From Paragordius varius (Eukaryota; Animalia; Nematomorpha), in contig OZ176052.1 in NCBI GenBank assembly GCA_964247055.1, positions 12,896,001 through 12,960,000 on the forward strand: 64,000 nt of DNA, written 5' to 3'. Made by a program: the position numbers and the translations under genes. Within the stretch, counting starts at the first letter, position 1. Every line of letters begins with the position of its first letter. Positions 39,301-54,100 of this stretch are shown here, in pieces. The notes under the pieces are model-generated. The model saw only the letters and a list, made by a program, of their open reading frames with translations. It made no database searches and was not told the origin of the DNA.

Positions 39301-41719
39301 CAAACTCTTTCATATCCGATTTTTACAACGATACTTTAAAAATTAATGTATTAAACTAGTCGCATCAATACTCAAGTTAAACTTTGTCCTTAAAAATCGG
39401 ATATTGGTCACCGGTGAACAAAATAATTTTTTATACATTTTCTTAGCAAGACTACATCAAAATATAGAGATAGTTTGACAAACTCTTTCATATCCGATTT
39501 TTACAACGATACTCTAAAAATTAATGTATAAAAGTAATCGCATCAATACTCAAGTCAAATTTTGTCCTTGAAAATGGGATATTGATCACCGGTGAACAAA
39601 ACTATTTTTTATACATTCTCTTAGTAAGACTACATCAAAATATAGAAATAGTTTGACAAACTCTTTCATATCCGATTTTTACAACGATAATTTAAAAATT
39701 AATGTATTAAAATAGTCGCATCAATACTCAAATTAAACTTTGTCCTTAAAAATCGGATATTGGTCACCGGTGAACAAAATTATTTTTTATACATTCTCTT
39801 AGTAAGACTACATCAAAATATAGAAATAGTTTGACAAACTCTTTCATATCCGATTTTTACAACGATACTTTAAAAATTAATGTATTAAACTAGTCGCATC
39901 AATACTCAAGTTAAACTTTGTCCTTAAAAATCGGATATTGGTCACCGGTGAACAAAATTATTTTTTATACATTCTCTTAGTAAGACTACATCAAAATATA
40001 GAAATAGTTTGACAAACTCTTTCATATCCGATTTTTACAACGATACTTTAAAAATTAATGTATTAAACTAGTCGCATCAATACTCAAGTTAAACTTTGTC
40101 CTTAAAAATCGGATATTGGTCACCGGTGAACAAAATAATTTTTTATACATTTTCTTAGCAAGACTACATCAAAATATAGAGATAGTTTGACAAACTCTTT
40201 CATATCCGATTTTTACAACGATACTCTAAAAATTAATGTATAAAAGTAGTCGCATCAATACTCAAGTCAAATTTTGTCCTTGAAAATGGGATATTGATCA
40301 CCGGTGAACAAAACTATTTTTTATACATTCTCTTAGTAAGACTACATCAAAATATAGAAATAGTTTGACAAACTCTTTCATATTCGATTTTTACAACGAT
40401 AATTTAAAAATTAATGTATTAAAATAGTCGCATCAATACTCAAGTTAAACTTTGTCCTTAAAAATCGGATATTGGTCACCGGTGAACAAAATTATTTTTT
40501 ATACATTCTCTTAGTAAGACTACATCAAAATATAGAAATAGTTTGACAAACTCTTTCATATCCGATTTTTACAACGATACTTTAAAAATTAATGTATAAA
40601 ACTAGTCGTATCAATAAATCGCATCAATACTCAAGTTAAACTTTGTCCTTAAAAATCGGATATTGGTCACCGGTGAACAAAATTATTTTTTATACATTCT
40701 CTTAGTAAGACTACATCAAAATATAGAAATAGTTTGACAAACTCTTTCATATCCGATTTTTACAACGATACTTTAAAAATTAATGTATAAAACTAGTCGT
40801 ATCAATAAATCGCATCAATACTCAAGTTAAACTTTGTCCTTAAAAATCGGATATTGGTCACCGGTGAACAAAATTATTTTTTATACATTCTCTTAGTAGA
40901 CTACATCAAAATATAGAGATAGTTTGGCAAACTCTTTCATATCCGATTTTTACAACGATACTTTAAAAATTAATGTATAAAACTAGTCGCATCAATACTC
41001 AAGTTAAACTTTGTCCTTAAAAATCTAATATTGGTCACCGGTGAACAAAATTATTTTTTATACATTCTCTTAGTAAGACTACATCAAAATATAGAGATAG
41101 TTTGACAAAGTCTTTCATATCCGATTTTTACAACGATACTTTAAAAATTAATGTATAAAACTAGTCGCAGCAATACTCAAGTTAAACTTTGTCCTTAAAA
41201 ATCGGATATTGGTCACCGGTGAACAAAATTATTTTTTATACATTCTCTTAGTAAGACTACATCAAAATAAAGAGATAGTTTGACAAACTCTTTCATATCC
41301 GATTTTTACAACGATACTTTAAAAATTAATGTATAAAACTAGTCGCATCAATACTCAAGCTAAACATTGTCCTTAAAAATCGGATATTGGTCACCGGTGA
41401 AAACTATTTTTTATACATTCTCTTAGTAAGACTACATCAAAATATAGAGATAGTTTGACAAAGTCTTTCATATCCGATTTTTACAACGATACTTTAAAAA
41501 TTAATGTATAAAACTAGTCGCAGCAATACTCAAGTTAAACTTTGTCCTTAAAAATCGGATATTGGTCACCGGTGAACAAAATTATTTTTTATACATTATC
41601 TTAGTAAGACTACATCAAAATATAGTAATAGTTTGACAAACTCTTTCATATCCGATTTTTACAACGATACTTTAAAAATTAATGTATTAAACTAGTCGCA
41701 TCAATACTCAAATTAAACT

Positions 41720-44700
41720 TTGTCCTTAAAAATCGGATATTGGTCACGGGTGAACAAAATTATTTTTTATATATTCTCTTAGCAAGACTACATCAAAATA
41801 TAGAGATAGTTTGACAAACTCTTTCATATCCGATTTTTACAACGATACTTTAAAAATTAATGTATAAAACTAGTCGCATCAATACTCAAGTTAAACTTTG
41901 TACTTAAAAATCGGATATTGGTCACCGGTGAACAAAATTATTTTTTATACATTCTCTTAGTAAAACTACATCAAAATATAGAGATAGTTTGACAAACTCT
42001 TTCATATCCGATTTTTACAACGATACTTTAAAAATTAATGTGTTAAACTAGTCGCATCAATACTCAAATTAAACTTTGTCCTTAAAAATCGGATATTGGT
42101 CACCGGTAAACAAAATTATTTTTTATATATTCTCTTAGCAAGACTACATCAAAATATAGAGATAGTTTGACAAACTCTTTCATATCCGATTTTTACAACG
42201 ATACTTTAAAAATTAATATATTAAAATAGTCGCATCAATACTCAAGTTAAACTTTGTCCTTAAAAATCGGATATTGGTCACCGGTGAACAAAATTATTTT
42301 TTATACATTCTCTTAGCAAGACTACATCAAAATATAGAGATAGTTTGACAAACTCTTTCATATCCGATTTTTACAACGATACAAATTAATGTGTTAAACT
42401 AGTCGTATCAATACTCAAATTAAACTTTGTCCTTAAAAATCGGATATTGGTCACCGGTAAACAAAATTATTTTTTATATATTCTCTTAGCAAGACTACAT
42501 CAAAATATAGAGATAGTTTGACAAACTCTTTCATATCCGATTTTTACAACGATACTTTAAAAATTAATGTATTATAATAGTCGCATCAATAGTCAAGTTA
42601 AACTTTGTCCTTAAAAATCGGATATTGGTCACCGGTGAACAAAATTATTTTTTATATATTCTCTTAGCAAGACTACATCAAAATATAGAGATAGTTTGAC
42701 AAACTCTTTCATATCCGATTTTTACAACGATACTTTAAAAATTAATGTATTAAACTAGTCGTATCAATACTCAAGTTAAATTTTGTCCTTAAAAATCGGA
42801 TATTGGTCACCGGTGAACAAAATTATTTTTTATACATTCTCTTAGTAAGACTACATCAAAATATAGAGATAGTTTGACAAACTCTTTCATATCCGATTTT
42901 TACAACGATACTTTAAAAATTAATGTATTAAACTAGTCGCATCAATACTCAAGTTAAACTTTGTACTTAAGAATCGAAGATTGGTCACCGGTGAACAAAA
43001 TTATTTTTTATATATTCTGTTAGCAAGACTACATCAAAATATAGAGATAGTTTGACAAACTCTTTCATATCCGATTTTTACAACGATCCTTTAAAAATTA
43101 ATGTATTAAACTAGTCGCATCAATACTCAAGTTAAATTTTGTCCTTAAAAATCGGATATTGGTCACCGGTGAACAAAATTATTTTTTATACATTCTCTTA
43201 GTAAGACTACATCAAAATATAGAGATAGTTTGACAAACTCTTTCATATCCGATTTTTACAACGATACTTTATAAATTAATGTATAAAACTAGTCGCATCA
43301 ATACTCAAATTAAACTTTGTCCTTAAAAATCGGATATTGGTCACCGGTGAACAAAATTATTTTTTATATATTCTGTTAGCAAGACTACATCAAAATATAG
43401 AGATAGTTTGACAAACTCTTTCATATCCGATTTTTACAACGATCCTTTAAAAATTAATGTATTAAACTAGTCGCATCAATACTCAAGTTAAATTTTGTCC
43501 TTAAAAATCGGATATTGGTCACCGGTGAACAAAATTATTTTTTATACATTCTCTTAGTAAGACTACATCAAAATATAGAGATAGTTTGACAAACTCTTTC
43601 ATATCCGATTTTTACAACGATACTTTAAAAATTAATGTGTTAAACTAGTCGCATCAATACTCAAATTAAACTTTGTCCTTAAAAATCGGATATTGGTCAC
43701 CGGTGAACAAAATTATTTTTTATATATTCTCTTAGCAAGACTACATCAAAATATAGAGATAGTTTGACAAACTCTTTCATATCCGATTTTTACAACGATA
43801 CTTTAAAAATTAATGTATAAAACTAGTCGCATCAATACTCAAGTTAAACTTTGTACTTAAAAATCGAATATTGGTCACCGGTGAACAAAATTATTTTTTA
43901 TACATTCTCTTAGTGAGACTACATCAAAATATAGAGATAGTTTGACAAACTCTTTCATATCCGAAACGATACTTTAAAAATTAATGTGTTAAACTAGTCG
44001 CATCAATACTCAAATTAAACTTTGTCCTTAAAAATCGGATATTGGTCACCGGTAAACAAAATTATTTATTATATATTCTCTTAGCAAGACTACATCAAAA
44101 TATAGAGATAGTTTGACAAACTCTTTCATATCCGATTTTTACAACGATACTTAAAAAATTAATATATTAAAATAGTCGCATCAATACTCAAGTTAATCTT
44201 TGTCCTTAAAAATCGGATATTGGTCACCGGTGAACAAAATTATTTTTTATACATTCTCTTAGCAAGACTACATCAAAATATAGAGATAGTTTGACAAACT
44301 CTTTCATATCCGATTTTTACAACGATACAAATTAATGTGTTAAACTAGTCGCATCAATACTCAAATTAAACTTTGTCCTTAAAAATCGGATATTGGTCAC
44401 CGGTAAACAAAATTATTTTTTATATATTCTCTTAGCAAGACTACATCAAAATATAGAGATAGTTTGACAAACTCTTTCATATCCGATTTTTACAACGATA
44501 CTTTAAAAATTAATGTATTAAAATAGTCGCATCAATACTCAAGTTAAACTTTGTCCTTAAAAATCGGATATTGGTCACCGGTGAACAAAATTAATTTTTA
44601 TACATTCTCTTAGCAAGACTACATCAAAATATAGAGATAGTTTGACAAACTCTTTCATATCCGATTTTTACAACGATACTTTAAAAATTAATGTATAAAA

Positions 44701-45900
44701 CTAGTCGTATCAATAAATCGCATCAATAGTCAAGTTAAACTTTGTCCTTAAAAATCGGATATTGGTCACCGGTGAACAAAATTATTTTTTATATATTCTC
44801 TTAGCAAGACTACATCAAAATATAGAGATAGTTTGACAAACTCTTTCATATCCGATTTTTACAACGATACTTTAAAAATTAATGTATTAAACTAGTCGTA
44901 TCAATACTCAAGTTAAATTTTGTCCTTAAAAATCGGATATTGGTCACCGGTGAACAAAATTATTTTTTATACATTCTCTTAGTAAGACTACATCAAAATA
45001 TAGAGATAGTTTGACAAACTCTTTCATATCCGATTTTTACAACGATACTTTAAAAATTAATGTATTAAACTAGTCGCATCAATACTCAAGTTAAACTTTG
45101 TACTTAAGAATCGAATATTGGTCACCGGTGAACAAAATTATTTTTTATATATTCTGTTAGCAAGACTACATCAAAATATAGAGATAGTTTGACAAACTCT
45201 TTCATATCCGATTTTTACAACGATCCTTTAAAAATTAATGTATTAAACTAGTCGCATCAATACTCAAGTTAAATTTTGTCCTTAAAAATCGGATATTGGT
45301 CACCGGTGAACAAAATTATTTTTTATACATTCTCTTAGTAAGACTACATCAAAATATAGAGATAGTTTGACAAACTCTTTCATATCCGATTTTTACAACG
45401 ATACTTTATAAATTAATGTATAAAACTAGTCGCATCAATACTCAAATTAAACTTTGTCCTTAAAAAGCGGATATTGGTCACCGGTGAACAAAATTATTTT
45501 TTATATATTCTGTTAGCAAGACTACATCAAAATATAGAGATAGTTTGACAAACTCTTTCATATCCGATTTTTACAACGATCCTTTAAAAATTAATGTATT
45601 AAACTAGTCGCATCAATACTCAAGTTAAATTTTGTCCTTAAAAATCGGATATTGGTCACCGGTGAACAAAATTATTTTTTATACATTCTCTTAGTAAGAC
45701 TACATCAAAATATAGAGATAGTTTGACAAACTCTTTCATATCCGATTTTTACAACGATACTTTAAAAATTAATGTGTTAAACTAGTCGCATCAATACTCA
45801 AATTAAACTTTGTCCTTAAAAATCGGATATTGGTCACCGGTGAACAAAATTATTTTTTATATATTCTCTTAGCAAGACTACATCAAAATATAGAGATAGT
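41720..45900 (+). repeat. ~11-12-mer duplication (offsets 1953/1946, then 2137 after one extra 191-bp monomer)
   Basis: GTACTT 41900/43853; GATACAAATT 42378/44324; GTACTTAAGAATCG 42963/45100. Confidence 0.8.
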
Positions 45901-48149
45901 TTGACAAACTCTTTCATATCCGATTTTTACAACGATACAAATTAATGTGTTAAACTAGTCGCATCAATACTCAAATTAAACTTTGTCCTTAAAAATCGGA
46001 TATTGGTCACCGGTAAACAAAATTATTTTTTATATATTCTCTTAGCAAGACTACATCAAAATATAGAGATAGTTTGACAAACTCTTTCATATCCGATTTT
46101 TACAACGATACTTTAAAAATTAATGTATTAAAATAGTCGCATCAATACTCAAGTTAAACTTTGTCCTTAAAAATCGGATATTGGTCACCGGTGAACAAAA
46201 TTATTTTTTATACATTCTCTTAGCAAGACTACATCAAAATATAGAGATAGTTTGACAAACTCTTTCATATCCGATTTTTACAACGATACTTTAAAAATTA
46301 ATGTATAAAACTAGTCGTATCAATAAATCGCATCAATAGTCAAGTTAAACTTTGTCCTTAAAAATCGGATATTGGTCACCGGTGAACAAAATTATTTTTT
46401 ATATATTCTCTTAGCAAGACTACATCAAAATATAGAGATAGTTTGACAAACTCTTTCATATCCGATTTTTACAACGATACTTTAAAAATTAATGTATAAA
46501 ACTAGTCGCATCAATACTCAAGTTAAACTTTGTCCTTAAAAATCGAATATTGGTCACCGGTGAACAAAATTATTTTTTATACATTCTCTTAGTGAGACTA
46601 CATCAAAATATGGAGATAGTTTGACAAACTCTTTCATATCCGATTTTTACAACGATACTTTAAAAATTAATGTATTAAACTAGTCGCATCAATACTCAAG
46701 TTAAACTTTGTCCTTAAAAATCGGATATTGGTCACCGGTGAACAAAATAATTTTTTATACATTCTCTTAGTAAGACTACATCAAATAGTAGAGATAGTTT
46801 GACAAACTCTTTCATATCCGATTTTTACAACGATACTTTAAAAATTAATGTATTAAACTAGTCGTATCAATACTCAAGTTAAATTTTGTCCTTAAAAATC
46901 GGATATTGGTCACCGGTGAACAAAATTATTTTTTATACATTCTCTTAGTAAGACTACATCAAAATATAGAGATAGTTTGACAAACTCTTTCATATCCGAT
47001 TTTTACAACGATACTTTAAAAATTAATGTATTAAACTAGTCGCATCAATACTCAAGTTAAACTTTGTACTTAAAAATCGAATATTGGTCACCGGTGAACA
47101 AAATTATTTTTTATATATTCTGTTAGCAAGACTACATCAAAATATAGAGATAGTTTGACAAACTCTTTCATATCCGATTTTTACAACGATCCTTTAAAAA
47201 TTAATGTATTAAACTAGTCGCATCAATACTCAAGTTAAATTTTGTCCTTAAAAATCGGATATTGGTCACCGGTGAACAAAATTATTTTTTATACATTCTC
47301 TTAGTAAGACTACATCAAAATATAGAGATAGTTTGACAAACTCTTTCATATCCGATTTTCACAACGATACTTTAAAAATTAATGTGTTAAACTAGTCGCA
47401 TCAATACTCAAATTAAACTTTGTCCTTAAAAATCGGATATTGGTCACCGGTGAACAAAATTATTTTTTATACATTCTCTTAGTGAGACTACATCAAAATA
47501 TGGAGATAGTTTGACAAACTCTTTCATATCCGATTTTTACAACGATACTTTAAAAATTAATGTATTAAACTAGTCGCATCAATACTCAAGTTAAACTTTG
47601 TCCTTAAAAATCGGATATTGGTCACCGGTGAACAAAATAATTTTTTATACATTCTCTTAGTAAGACTACATCAAATAGTAGAGATAGTTTGACAAACTCT
47701 TTCATATCCGATTTTTACAACGATACTTTAAAAATAAATGTATTAAACTAGTCGCATCAATACTCAAGTTAAACTTTGTCCTTAAAAATCGGATATTGGT
47801 CACCGGTGAACAAAATAATTTTTTATACATTCTCTTAGTAAGACTACATCAAAATATAGAGATAGTTTGACAAACTCTTTCATATCCGATTTTTACAACG
47901 ATACTTTAAAAATTAATGTATTAAACTAGTCGCATCAATACTCAAATTAAACTTTATCATTAAAAATCGGATATTGGTCACCGGTGAACAAAATTATTTT
48001 TTATACATTCTCTTAGCAAGACTACATCAAAATATAGAGATAGTTTGACAAACTCTTTCATATCCGATTTTTACAACGATACTTTAAAAATTAATGTGTT
48101 AAACTAGTCGCATCAATACTCAAATTAAACTTTGTCCTTAAAAATCGGA

Positions 48150-51100
48150 TATTGGTCACCGGTGAACAAAATTATTTTTTATATATTCTCTTAGCAAGAC
48201 TACATCAAAATATAGAGATAGTTTGACAAACTCTTTCATATCCGATTTTTACAACGATACTTTAAAAATTAATGTATAAAACTAGTCGCATCAATACTCA
48301 AGTTAAACTTTGTACTTAAAAATCGAATATTGGTCACCGGTGAACAAAATTATTTTTTATACATTCTCTTAGTGAGACTACATCAAAATATAGAGATAGT
48401 TTGACAAACTCTTTCATATCCGATTTTTACAACGATACTTTAAAAATTAATGTGTTAAACTAGTCGCATCAATACTCAAATTAAACTTTGTCCTTAAAAA
48501 TCGGATATTGGTCACCGGTAAACAAAATTATTTTTTATATATTCTCTTAGCAAGACTACATCAAAATATAGAGATAGTTTGACAAACTCTTTCATATCCG
48601 ATTTTTACAACGATCCTTTAAAAATTAATTTATTAAACTAGTCGCATCAATACTCAAGTTAAACTTTGTCCTTAAAAATCGGATATTGGTCACCGGTGAA
48701 CAAAATAATTTTTTATACATTCTCTTAGTAAGACTACATCAAATAGTAGAGATAGTTTGACAAACTCTTTCATATCCGATTTTTACAACGATACTTTAAA
48801 AATTAATGTATTAAACTAGTCGCATCAATACTCAAGTTAAACTTTATCATTAAAAATCGGATATTGGTCACCGGTGAACAAAATTATTTTTTATACATTC
48901 TCTTAGCAAGACTACATCAAAATATGGAGATAGTTTGACAAACTCTTTCATATCCGATTTTTACAACGATACTTTATAAATTAATGTATAAAACTAGTCG
49001 CATCAATACTCAAATTAAACTTTGTCCTTAAAAATCGGATATTGGTCACCGGTGAACAAAATTATTTTTTATATATTCTGTTAGCAAGACTACATCAAAA
49101 TATAGAGATAGTTTGACAAACTCTTTCATATCCGATTTTTACAACGATCCTTTAAAAATTAATGTATTAAACTAGTCGCATCAATACTCAAGTTAAATTT
49201 TGTCCTTAAAAATCGGATATTGGTCACCGGTGAACAAAATTATTTTTTATACATTCTCTTAGTAAGACTACATCAAAATATAGAGATAGTTTGACAAACT
49301 CTTTCATATCCGATTTTTACAACGATACTTTAAAAATTAATGTGTTAAACTAGTCGCATCAATACTCAAATTAAACTATGTCCTTAAAAATCGGATATTG
49401 GTCACCGGTGAACAAAATTATTTTTTATATATTCTCTTAGCAAGACTACATCAAAATATAGAGATAGTTTGACAAACTCTTTCATATCCGATTTTTACAA
49501 CGATACTTTAAAAATTAATGTATAAAACTAGTCGCATCAATACTCAAGTTAAACTTTGTACTTAAAAATCGAATATTGGTCACCGGTGAACACAATTATT
49601 CTTTATACATTCTCTTAGTGAGACTACATCAAAATATAGAGATAGTTTGACAAACTCTTTCATATCCGATTTTTACAACGATACTTTAAAAATTAATGTG
49701 TTAAACTAGTCGCATCAATACTCAAATTAAACTTTGTCCTTAAAAATCGGATATTGGTCACCGGTAAACAAAATTTTTTTTTATATATTCTCTTAGCAAG
49801 ACTTCATCAAAATATAGAGATAGTTTGACAAACTCTTTCATATCCGATTTTTACAACGATACTTTAAAAATTAATGTATTAAAATAGTCGCATCAATACT
49901 CAAGTTAAACTTTGTCCTTAAAAATCGGATATTGGTCACCGGTGAACAAAATTATTTTTTATACATTCTCTTAGCAAGACTACATCAAAATATAGAGATA
50001 GTTTGACAAACTCTTTCATATCCGATTTTTACAACGATACTTTAAAAATTAATGTATAAAACTAGTCGTATCAATAAATCGCATCAATACTCAAGTTAAA
50101 CTTTGTCCTTAAAAATCGGATATTGGTCACCGGTGAACAAAATTATTTTTTATATATTCTCTTAGCAAGACTACATCAAAATATAGAGATAGTTTGACAA
50201 ACTCTTTCATATCCGATTTTTACAACGATACTTTAAAAATTAATGTATAAAACTAGTCGCATCAATACTCAAGTTAAACTTTGTCCTTAAAAATCGAATA
50301 TTGGTCACCGGTGAACAAAATTATTTTTTATACATTCTCTTAGTGAGACTACATCAAAATATGGAGATAGTTTGACAAACTCTTTCATATCCGATTTTTA
50401 CAACGATACTTTAAAAATTAATGTATTAAACTAGTCGCATCAATACTCAAGTTAAACTTTGTCCTTAAAAATCGGATATTGGTCACCGGTGAACAAAATA
50501 ATTTTTTATACATTCTCTTAGTAAGACTACATCAAATAGTAGAGATAGTTTGACAAACTCTTTCATATCCGATTTTTACAACGATACTTTAAAAATTAAT
50601 GTATTAAACTAGTCGTATCAATAAGTTAAACTTTGTCCTTAAAAATCGGATATCGGTCACCGGTGAACAAAATAATTTTTTATACATTCTCTTAGTAAGA
50701 CTACACCAAAATATAGAGATAGTTTGACAAACTCTTTCATATCCGATTTTTACAACGATACTTTAAAAATTCTGGTATTAAACCAGTCGCATCAATACTC
50801 AAGTTAAACTTTGTCCTTAAAAATCGGATATTCGTCACCGGTGAACAAAATAATTTTTTATACATTCTCTTAGTAAGACTACATAAAATATAGAGATAGT
50901 TTGACAAACTCTTTCATATCCGATTTTTACAACGATACTTTAAAAATAAATGTATTAAACTAGTCGCATCAATACTCAAGTTAAACTTTGTCCTTAAAAA
51001 TCGGATATTGGTCACCGGTGAACAAAATAATTTTTTATACATTCTCTTAGTAAGACTACATCAAAATATAGAGATAGTTTGACAAACTCTTTCATATCCG

Positions 51101-54100
51101 ATTTTTACAACGATACTTTAAAAATTAATATATTAAACTAGTCGCATCAATACTCAAGTTAAACTTTATCATTAAAAATCGGATATTGGTCACCGGTGAA
51201 CAAAATTATTTTTTATATATTCTGTTAGTAAAACTACATCAAAATATAGAGATAGTTTGACAAACTCTTTCATATCCGATTTTTACAACGATCCTTTAAA
51301 AATTAATGTATTAAACTAGTCGCATCAATACTCAAGTTAAATTTTGTCCTTAAAAATCGGATATTGGTCACCGGTGAACAAAATTATTTTTTATACATTC
51401 TCTTAGTACGACTACATCAAAATATAGAGATAGTTTGACAAACTCTTTCATATCCGATTTTTACAACGATACTTTAAAAATTAATGTGTTAAACTAGTCG
51501 CATTACTCAAATTAAACTTTGTCCTTAAAAATCGGATATTGGTCACCGGTGAACAAAATTATTTTTTATATATTCTCTTAGCAAGACTACATCAAAATAT
51601 AGAGATAGCTTGACAAACTCTTTCATATCCGATTTTTACAACGATACTTTAAAAATTAATGTATAAAACTAGTCGCATCAATACTCAAGTTAAACTTTGT
51701 ACTTAAAAATCGAATATTGGTCACCGGTGAACAAAATTATTTTTTATACATTCTCTTAGTGAGACTACATCAAAATATAGAGATAGTTTGACAAACTCTT
51801 TCATATCCGATTTTTACAACGATACTTTAAAAATTAATGTGTTAAACTAGTCGCATCAATACTCAAATTAAACTTTGTCCTTAAAAATCGGATATTGGTC
51901 ACCGGTAAACAAAATTATTTTTTATATATTCTCTTAGCAAGACTACATCAAAATATAGAGATAGTTTGACAAACTCTTTCATATCCGATTTTTACAACGA
52001 TCCTTTAAAAATTAATGTATTAAACTAGTCGCATCAATACTCAAGTTAAACTTTGTCCTTAAAAATCGGATATTGGTCACCGGTGAACAAAATAATTTTT
52101 TATACATTCTCTTAGTAAGACTACATCAAATAGTAGAGATAGTTTGACAAACTCTTTCATATCCGATTTTTACAACGATACTTTAAAAATTAATGTATTA
52201 AACTAGTCGCATCAATACTCAAGTTAAACTTTATCATTAAAAATCGGATATTGGTCACCGGTGAACAAAATTATTTTTTATACATTCTCTTAGCAAGACT
52301 ACATCAAAATATGGAGATAGTTTGACAAACTCTTTCATATCCGATTTTTACAACGATACTTTATAAATTAATGTATAAAACTAGTCGCATCAATACTCAA
52401 ATTAAACTTTGTCCTTAAAAATCGGATATTGGTCACCGGTGAACAAAATTATTTTTTATATATTCTGTTAGCAAGACTACATCAAAATATAGAGATAGTT
52501 TGACAAACTCTTTCATATCCGATTTTTACAACGATCCTTTAAAAATTAATGTATTAAACTAGTCGCATCAATACTCAAGTTAAATTTTGTCCTTAAAAAT
52601 CGGATATTGGTCACCGGTGAACAAAATTATTTTTTATACATTCTCTTAGTAAGACTACATCAAAATATAGAGATAGTTTGACAAACTCTTTCATATCCGA
52701 TTTTTACAACGATACTTTAAAAATTAATGTGTTAAACTAGTCGCATCAATACTCAAATTAAACTTTGTCCTTAAAAATCGGATATTGGTCACCGGTGAAC
52801 AAAATTATTTTTTATATATTCTCTTAGCAAGACTACATCAAAATATAGAGATAGTTTGACAAACTCTTTCATATCCGATTTTTACAACGATACTTTAAAA
52901 ATTAATGTATAAAACTAGTCGCATCAATACTCAAGTTAAACTTTGTACTTAAAAATCGAATATTGGTCACCGGTGAACACAATTATTCTTTATACATTCT
53001 CTTAGTGAGACTACATCAAAATATAGAGATAGTTTGACAAACTCTTTCATATCCGATTTTTACAACGATACTTTAAAAATTAATGTGTTAAACTAGTCGC
53101 ATCAATACTCAAATTAAACTTTGTCCTTAAAAATCGGATATTGGTCACCGGTAAACAAAATTTTTTTTTATATATTCTCTTAGCAAGACTTCATCAAAAT
53201 ATAGAGATAGTTTGACAAACTCTTTCATATCCGATTTTTACAACGATACTTTAAAAATTAATGTATTAAAATAGTCGCATCAATACTCAAGTTAAACTTT
53301 GTCCTTAAAAATCGGATATTGGTCACCGGTGAACAAAATTATTTTTTATACATTCTCTTAGCAAGACTACATCAAAATATAGAGATAGTTTGACAAACTC
53401 TTTCATATCCGATTTTTACAACGATACTTTAAAAATTAATGTATAAAACTAGTCGTATCAATAAATCGCATCAATACTCAAGTTAAACTTTGTCCTTAAA
53501 AATCGGATATTGGTCACCGGTGAACAAAATTATTTTTTATATATTCTCTTAGCAAGACTACATCAAAATATAGAGATAGTTTGACAAACTCTTTCATATC
53601 CGATTTTTACAACGATACTTTAAAAATTAATGTATAAAACTAGTCGCATCAATACTCAAGTTAAACTTTGTCCTTAAAAATCGAATATTGGTCACCGGTG
53701 AACAAAATTATTTTTTATACATTCTCTTAGTGAGACTACATCAAAATATGGAGATAGTTTGACAAACTCTTTCATATCCGATTTTTACAACGATACTTTA
53801 AAAATTAATGTATTAAACTAGTCGCATCAATACTCAAGTTAAACTTTGTCCTTAAAAATCGGATATTGGTCACCGGTGAACAAAATAATTTTTTATACAT
53901 TCTCTTAGTAAGACTACATCAAATAGTAGAGATAGTTTGACAAACTCTTTCATATCCGATTTTTACAACGATACTTTAAAAATTAATGTATTAAACTAGT
54001 CGTATCAATAAGTTAAACTTTGTCCTTAAAAATCGGATATCGGTCACCGGTGAACAAAATAATTTTTTATACATTCTCTTAGTAAGACTACACCAAAATA

